From: Lawsonibacter sp.
GTDB lineage: Bacteria > Bacillota > Clostridia > Oscillospirales > Oscillospiraceae
DNA: 34,296 nucleotides
Assembly (NCBI GenBank): GCA_034927465.1
Contig: JAYFPV010000205.1
Coordinates: 1-34,296 of the forward strand
Direction of reading: 5' to 3'
Shown here: positions 29,300 through 34,296 of the stretch, in pieces
Position numbering within the stretch: the stretch's first letter is position 1
How the letters are laid out: every line of letters starts with the position of its first letter
Made by a program: the position numbers and the translations under genes
Notes under the pieces: generated by a model
Databases searched by the model: none
Told to the model about the DNA's origin: nothing
The model's input: the letters and a program-made list of their open reading frames with translations, nothing else

Positions 29300-30700
29300 A
29301 TGAACCCCAATTACGACGTCGTCCTTCTGGGCTGTGGTGAGGCCGGCATCTTTGCCGCCTACGAGCTGGCCCGACTGCATCCCGGTTTAAAGATGCTGGC
29401 TCTGGACCAGGGGCAGGATATCTACCACCGCAGTTGTCCCATTGTGGCCGGCAAGGTAAAGGAATGTATTCACTGTCCCGTTTGCCACACCATGTGCGGC
29501 TTTGGCGGAGCCGGAGCTTTTTCCGACGGGAAATTCAACTTTACCACTGAGTTTGGCGGGTGGCTGACCGATTTTATGGAGCCCGACCACGTGATGGAGC
29601 TGATCGACTATGTAGACTCCATCAATGTCGCCCACGGGGCCACCACCCAGTGCTTTTCCACTTCCACTCCAGAGGCGAAGGCCCTGGAGCGCCGGGCCAT
29701 GGCGTACGACCTCCACCTGCTTCAGGCCAGGTGCAAACATCTTGGCACGGAAAACAACTTGAAGATACTCTCCAACATATACGAGGGGCTGCGGAACAAG
29801 CTGGAGTTCTCATTCAACACTGAGGTCAGCCGCATCGATCGCGCCGATCAGGGCTACCATCTGACCCTGGCCAAGGGCGGCGAGGTATCCTGCCGTTATC
29901 TCATTGCCGCCCCCGGCCGGTCCGGCGCCGAGTGGTTTTCCAATCAGTGCAAAGAGCTGGGGCTGGAGCTGCTGAATAACCAGGTGGACATTGGCGTCCG
30001 TGTGGAACTGCCCGCCACTGTCTTTGAGCATATTACCGACGTGGTGTACGAGTCCAAGCTGGTATACCGCACCAAGCAGTACGGCGATCAGGTGCGCACA
30101 TTCTGCATGAATCCGTATGGCCATGTAGTAGCTGAAAATGTCGAGGGCATTAATACCGTGACCGGGCATTCCTACGCCGATCCCGCCCTCCGTTCGGAGA
30201 ACACCAACTTTGCTCTGCTGGTCAGCAACCGCTTCACCAAGCCCTTTAACGAGCCTTATCGCTACGGCAAGCACGTGGCCTCGCTCAGCAACATGCTGGC
30301 CGGCGGGGTGCTGGTCCAGCGGTTTGGCGACCTGGTCGGGGGGCGCCGCACCAACGAACACCGGATGAGCAAGGCCTTCGTCCGGCCCACCCTTACCGCA
30401 GCCGTTCCCGGAGATCTGTCCTTGGCGTTGCCTAAGCGCCATCTGGACAACATCATCGAGATGATTTACCAATTGGACAAGCTGGCTCCCGGCACGGCAA
30501 ACTACGACACTCTGCTCTATGGGGCTGAGGTAAAGTTCTATTCTGCCCAGCTTCAGCTGTCCGAGGAGCTGGAAACCGCTCTTCCCGGCTTCTTTGCCGC
30601 AGGGGACGGCGCTGGCATCACTCGTGGTTTGGCTCAAGCTGGCGCCTCCGGTGTCCAGACTGCCCGAGCAGTCAGCCGCCGCCTGACCGAAAGGGTTTAA
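29300..30700 (+). CDS. Uncharacterised FAD-dependent oxidoreductase (COG2509-like)
   Basis: Rossmann VVLLGCGEAG, GGAGAFSDGK, DIGVRVE, RTFCMNP, FAAGDGAG. Confidence 0.88.
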   Translation: MNPNYDVVLLGCGEAGIFAAYELARLHPGLKMLALDQGQDIYHRSCPIVAGKVKECIHCPVCHTMCGFGGAGAFSDGKFNFTTEFGGWLTDFMEPDHVMELIDYVDSINVAHGATTQCFSTSTPEAKALERRAMAYDLHLLQARCKHLGTENNLKILSNIYEGLRNKLEFSFNTEVSRIDRADQGYHLTLAKGGEVSCRYLIAAPGRSGAEWFSNQCKELGLELLNNQVDIGVRVELPATVFEHITDVVYESKLVYRTKQYGDQVRTFCMNPYGHVVAENVEGINTVTGHSYADPALRSENTNFALLVSNRFTKPFNEPYRYGKHVASLSNMLAGGVLVQRFGDLVGGRRTNEHRMSKAFVRPTLTAAVPGDLSLALPKRHLDNIIEMIYQLDKLAPGTANYDTLLYGAEVKFYSAQLQLSEELETALPGFFAAGDGAGITRGLAQAGASGVQTARAVSRRLTERV

Positions 30701-30704
30701 GGGA

Positions 30705-30750
30705 AGCGCCGTCTCGCCTGGCCCCCAGGCTGGACGGCGCTCTTGCATTT
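30705..30750 (+). terminator. Probable terminator
   Basis: AGCGCCGTC/GACGGCGCT stem immediately after the stop codon. Confidence 0.55.
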
Positions 30751-30882
30751 TGTGCGGGCAGCCAACTTTACTTTCCTTTTATTCCCTTTTGATTCCCTTT
30801 TATTTTTTGACACCCCATATGCAGTTCTTTGGATATGATAACTTTTGTTATTTCCTTCATCATTGGCCTTTATTTTCAAGGG

Positions 30883-30912
30883 TTATCCACATTTTGCACA
30901 GAGTTTTCCACA
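30883..30912 (+). promoter_or_regulatory. DnaA-box cluster
   Basis: TTATCCACA (consensus, 30883-30891), TTTTGCACA (30892-30900), TTTTCCACA (30904-30912), co-oriented in an AT-rich intergenic region. Confidence 0.65.
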
Positions 30913-31074
30913 CCCTCTTATGTCAACCGTTTTGCAGTCCCCATTCATTTTTCAGTTTCCATAATTCGTGTCAAGCATGAAATTCCAACAAAAATGCGAG
31001 CGCTTGGTTTTGCAGGAATCCGTTCGAATGCCGTCGAATTATGTATGTTCACCCGATTGGAGGTCTCTATACTA

Positions 31075-32451
31075 TTGGAAAAAGAAACCATCGCCGCTAT
31101 CTCTACCCCCGCAGGGCCGGGAGCCATTGGGGTACTTCGCTTGTCCGGTGCCCAGGCGATTCAAATTGCAGCGCAATGCTTTCATCCGTTGGGCCCCAAG
31201 ACTTTGCGTGATTATGCTCCCCGCACGCTTGTCTATGGGGACCTGCTGGACCGATGCGGTCAACCCATTGATCGCATCCTGTGCACCTATAGCAAAGGGC
31301 CTGTCAGCTACACCGGAGAAGATACGGCAGAGTTTCACTGCCACGGATCCCCTATGGTGCTGTCTTTGGGGCTGGATGCTCTGTTTGCCTGTGGGGCCCG
31401 TCAGGCCGGTCCGGGGGAATTTACCCGCCGCGCGTTTCTCAACGGAAAACTGGACTTGGCCCAGGCCGAGGCAGTCGGAGACCTGCTGGAAGCCAAAAGC
31501 AGGGAAGGCGCCCGCCATGCGGCTGGTCAGCTGGCGGGAAGCTTGTCCCGACGCATTGGTGAAATTTATTCCGGTCTGGTGGATCTGATGGCCCACTTTT
31601 GCGCGGTGCTGGACTACCCGGACGAGGACATCGACCCCTTTCGCTCTGAGGAGCTGACCGCTTCCCTCTCTCAGCAGGAGCATGCCCTAAGCCAGCTCTT
31701 GGACTCCTGCCGCCGGGGCTATCAGCTGACCCATGGCATCTCCTGCGCCATCGTAGGTCGCCCCAACGCGGGCAAATCCTCCCTGCTCAACGCCTTAGCT
31801 GGCTACGACCGTGCCATTGTGACCGAAATCCCCGGCACCACGCGGGACACCGTTGAGGTCAACGTTGAGCTGGCGGGGCTTCCTTTCCGGCTGATTGACA
31901 CCGCTGGCCTTCGGGACAGCGGCGACCCGGTGGAACGACTGGGGGTGGCCCGCAGCCGGGCCGCCATGGAGCAGGCGGACCTGATTCTGGTTCTCTGTGA
32001 CCGCTCCGCGCCCTTTACGCAGGAAGACCGACAGCTTTTGGACCTGGCCGTGGAACTGGCGCCTGCCATCTTGGTTTGGTCCAAATCCGATCTTTCTCCT
32101 GCCCCCTGCATTTCCCTTTTGTCTCTGCCGGATGGCCTGCCAGCCGTGGAGGTAAGCGTGAAGACCGGCCAAGGCCTATCCGCGCTGGAAGGCGCCGTGG
32201 CTGCGCTGTTTCCCAGCCAGCCCGCAGCCCCCTATGGGCAGCTTTTAACCAATCAGCGCCAAGAGGATGCCGCCCGCCGGGCCAGTACCAGCATTGTCCG
32301 GGCCAGGGAAGCACTGGAGGCCGGTATGACGCCTGATGCCCTCCTGACTGACGTGGAGGAGGCTCTGGCCGCCCTGGGAGAGCTCACCGGCCAGTCTGTC
32401 CGCGAGGACATTACAAACCGCATTTTCGCCCGGTTCTGCGTGGGGAAATGA
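31075..32451 (+). CDS. mnmE: tRNA modification GTPase MnmE (TrmE)
   Basis: ETIAAISTP, SYTGED, GEFTRRAFLNGK, GRPNAGKSSLLN, GTTRD, DTAG, C-terminal FCVGK; TTG start after GGAGGT. Confidence 0.97.
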   Translation: MEKETIAAISTPAGPGAIGVLRLSGAQAIQIAAQCFHPLGPKTLRDYAPRTLVYGDLLDRCGQPIDRILCTYSKGPVSYTGEDTAEFHCHGSPMVLSLGLDALFACGARQAGPGEFTRRAFLNGKLDLAQAEAVGDLLEAKSREGARHAAGQLAGSLSRRIGEIYSGLVDLMAHFCAVLDYPDEDIDPFRSEELTASLSQQEHALSQLLDSCRRGYQLTHGISCAIVGRPNAGKSSLLNALAGYDRAIVTEIPGTTRDTVEVNVELAGLPFRLIDTAGLRDSGDPVERLGVARSRAAMEQADLILVLCDRSAPFTQEDRQLLDLAVELAPAILVWSKSDLSPAPCISLLSLPDGLPAVEVSVKTGQGLSALEGAVAALFPSQPAAPYGQLLTNQRQEDAARRASTSIVRAREALEAGMTPDALLTDVEEALAALGELTGQSVREDITNRIFARFCVGK

Positions 32452-32510
32452 GGTTGGCTTATTGCCCCGCAATAAACACATGGAGCTTCCCGCACCTGCA
32501 AACGTGCGGA

Positions 32511-32542
32511 ACGCGGGCCGGCCCGATCGGGCTGGCCCGCGT
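32511..32542. terminator. Hairpin between convergent mnmE and spoIID
   Basis: ACGCGGGCCGGCCCG/CGGGCTGGCCCGCGT stem. Confidence 0.55.
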
Positions 32543-32574
32543 ATTTGATCGGGTATTTCACGCGCGATTTCCCC

Positions 32575-33636
32575 TCACCACAATTGCGCCACCTCGGTCC
32601 CGGAATAATACCAGGTCAAAATCTCCTGGGCGGTTTTTCCCTCCTTCGCCATGGCGTTGGCTCCATACTGGCTCATTCCAACCCCGTGTCCATAGCCGGT
32701 GACGCTGAACGTAAAATTTCCTCCTTCAAACGCGACGGTAAAAGTAGCCGACCGCAGAGAAAACAATGTGCGCACCTGGCTTCCGGTAAGGGTCACTCCC
32801 CCCACTAAAATAGAGGAAACCGTGCCACCCTCGTTTTGGTTGGCCGCTCCAAACCACCCGGATGGATCACCTGACAGATCGGCCCCTGGGTATGCGGCCT
32901 GAACGGCCTCCTTTACCTGCTGCGTTGTCAGCACCACCTGGGTGTGGTAATTGGGCACTTCCTCCCCTTCAAGGCTGTCCACGCTCTTCAGATAGTCCAC
33001 CGAGTTGCCCCACACTTCCACCGCGTCCACCGTCTTCCCGGCAGCTGAAGAAAAAAACAATGCTTGAATGGGCTTCCCCTGGTAAAGGATCCCCAGCCCG
33101 TCGGTTTCTGCAATTGCCTGGGTAATCTTTTCCCCGTACGCTTCTGCGTTCAAGCCCCAACGCGTTTCCGCCGCCACCCGGTCCACATACGCCTGGCAGC
33201 ACGTGCTGTCGCCGCAAATATCCGCACCCGGGTGCTTTTTGGTCGCTGCGTTTTGTTGAATTACAGTGTAGGTTCTTGCGGCGCACGCCTGGGCCTTGAG
33301 TGCCTCCTCTTCAAAGGTAGCCGGCATTTCCGCTGCCACGACACCCCACAGATAATCTGCCATCGTCAATTCCACAATGGTCCCGTCTGTCTGCTGCAGG
33401 CGCACCACTCGCCCCTTGTCCCTGGAGGCCATGGTGGGCGCCACACGGTCGATGGGAAGGGTGGCTTCCGTTTCCCCGGACGATTCTTCTTGGTCCTTTC
33501 CCTGATACAGCGGCTGGCCAGAGATGATCAGCACCGGCAAAAAGAACAGCACTGCTACCAAAATCAAGGCAATCACCACCACTTGCCGGGTACCCAGCAC
33601 CCCGAAGAATTCCACCCTTTTTCTCCGCAGCGTCAT
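32575..33636 (-). CDS. spoIID: Stage II sporulation protein D (lytic transglycosylase)
   Basis: N-terminal TM helix; YLWGVVAAEMPA, EALKAQACAARTY, CQAY, LRSATF, GYGHGVGMSQYGA, ILTWYY. Confidence 0.95.
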   Translation of the reverse strand: MTLRRKRVEFFGVLGTRQVVVIALILVAVLFFLPVLIISGQPLYQGKDQEESSGETEATLPIDRVAPTMASRDKGRVVRLQQTDGTIVELTMADYLWGVVAAEMPATFEEEALKAQACAARTYTVIQQNAATKKHPGADICGDSTCCQAYVDRVAAETRWGLNAEAYGEKITQAIAETDGLGILYQGKPIQALFFSSAAGKTVDAVEVWGNSVDYLKSVDSLEGEEVPNYHTQVVLTTQQVKEAVQAAYPGADLSGDPSGWFGAANQNEGGTVSSILVGGVTLTGSQVRTLFSLRSATFTVAFEGGNFTFSVTGYGHGVGMSQYGANAMAKEGKTAQEILTWYYSGTEVAQLW

Positions 33637-33665
33637 ACGCTTCGCCTCCTTTGTCCTATGTCAAC

Positions 33666-33694
33666 AGCTTATGGGACAAGGGGAATGGTTATGC
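33666..33694 (-). promoter_or_regulatory. Sigma-E (mother-cell) promoter of spoIID
   Basis: Minus strand gcATA-16 nt-CATAAGCT fits the sigma-E consensus ATa-N16-18-cATAcanT; spoIID is an established sigma-E target. Confidence 0.65.
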
Positions 33695-33879
33695 CTGCAT
33701 CTTGACTGGCCCACGCCCTTTGGTAAACTTGTTTCCCTGTTTTGTAAAAAACCGCTTCCTCCGCGGTTCCGGAGCATTCCCGTTGATCTTCCCCGTTCTT
33801 CCAATCCGAGACCACGCTGCCCGCCGTCATCTTTTGTCAACCTTTTTTACCAACGATACTTTTTTCTTTTCCCTGCAAC

Positions 33880-33907
33880 AAAAAACCATGGGCAACGCCC
33901 ATGGTTT
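33880..33907 (-). terminator. Intrinsic terminator downstream of the ybjQ-family gene
   Basis: AAACCATGGGC/GCCCATGGTTT stem with minus-strand U-tract. Confidence 0.65.
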
Positions 33908-33908
33908 C

Positions 33909-34055
33909 AGTTCGTCGAAAACGCCCCCGCAGAGAAGTCTTGCAGAGTTCCGTGGCCCGCAGGCAGCGGAATCAAATTAAAATCCGTCATTTTCAAAGAC
34001 ATGTGCGTTGTAAATGACATTTTACACGCAAGCCTTGCCTCTTTTTTGACAGGCT
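33909..34055. mobile_element. Possible non-autonomous IS remnant (MITE-like) between two hairpins
   Basis: Imperfect terminal IRs AGTTCGTCGAAAA ... TTTTTGACAGGCT, each abutting a hairpin; no transposase. Confidence 0.3.
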
Positions 34056-34142
34056 CAACTCACCAGCCTTGACCGCGAGTTGAGCCTGTGTTATCCCTTT
34101 GCATCCGCGTAGTTCCTTGTGCATGTCCTAGTCGGAACGCCC

Positions 34143-34296
34143 TCAGCGATACTTTACGGCCGTGCCATAGGCGATGACTTCGGCCGCCCCCTGCATCACG
34201 GAAGAAGATCCGTACCGCAAGTTGAGCACCGCATCGGCACCCAAGCTCTCGGCTTCGTCTACCATTCGCTTAACGGCAATTTGGCGTGCCTCATTG
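34143..34296 (-). CDS. YbjQ/UPF0145-family protein, 3' part (runs off the window)
   Basis: Manual translation NEARQIAVKRMVDEAESLGADAVLNLRYGSSSVMQGAAEVIAYGTAVKYR*; not in the ORF track. Confidence 0.88.
   Translation of the reverse strand, partial: NEARQIAVKRMVDEAESLGADAVLNLRYGSSSVMQGAAEVIAYGTAVKYR

Noticed and set aside
30829-31074. N-terminal extension of mnmE (similarly 25334-25447 for the transporter and 16329-16400 for the activator)
   Set aside because: Upstream of the RBS-supported starts and without family similarity.
33985-34001. Partial match TTTCAAAGAC to the activator motif
   Set aside because: Lacks both full GACG repeats and a -10 box at the conserved spacing.
1-34296. CRISPR array, rRNA/tRNA genes, prophage or intact transposase
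   Set aside because: No regularly spaced repeats, RNA-gene signatures or corresponding ORFs were seen.

Overview
Chromosomal segment of an anaerobic spore-forming Firmicute (gene set and style suggest Clostridia, probably Oscillospiraceae; inference). Housekeeping genes lie at both ends: pta, an XRE regulator, lepA and rny on the left; dCMP deaminase, a COG2509-type FAD oxidoreductase, mnmE, spoIID and a partial ybjQ-family gene on the right. Between them is a ~21 kb block, mostly on the minus strand, with two adjoining modules. (1) A formimino/C1-folate module: glutamate formiminotransferase, a cyclodeaminase/cyclohydrolase, a THF riboswitch, folT-hutD-folD-folC-folT, fhs, and LysR and Lrp regulators. 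(2) A CoA-dependent acyl/enoyl redox module: acyl-CoA dehydrogenase, YjiH-family transporter, family III CoA-transferase, a second divergent acyl-CoA dehydrogenase and EtfB/EtfA, convergent on a 1013-aa BTAD/SARP-STAND-TPR activator. Both promoters of module 2 carry the same 15-bp element (GACGTTTCAAAGACG) exactly 10 nt upstream of a -10 box, built from GACG repeats with an 11-nt period, which is the geometry of SARP/winged-helix activator sites. The leading hypothesis (unproven) is a UrdA-independent, CoA-dependent urocanate/imidazole-propionate interconversion linked to histidine utilisation. hutH, hutU and hutI are not in this window. No CRISPR array, rRNA, tRNA or intact transposase was seen. 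Several single T>G/A>C changes at conserved residues suggest consensus errors, so single-residue claims need caution.
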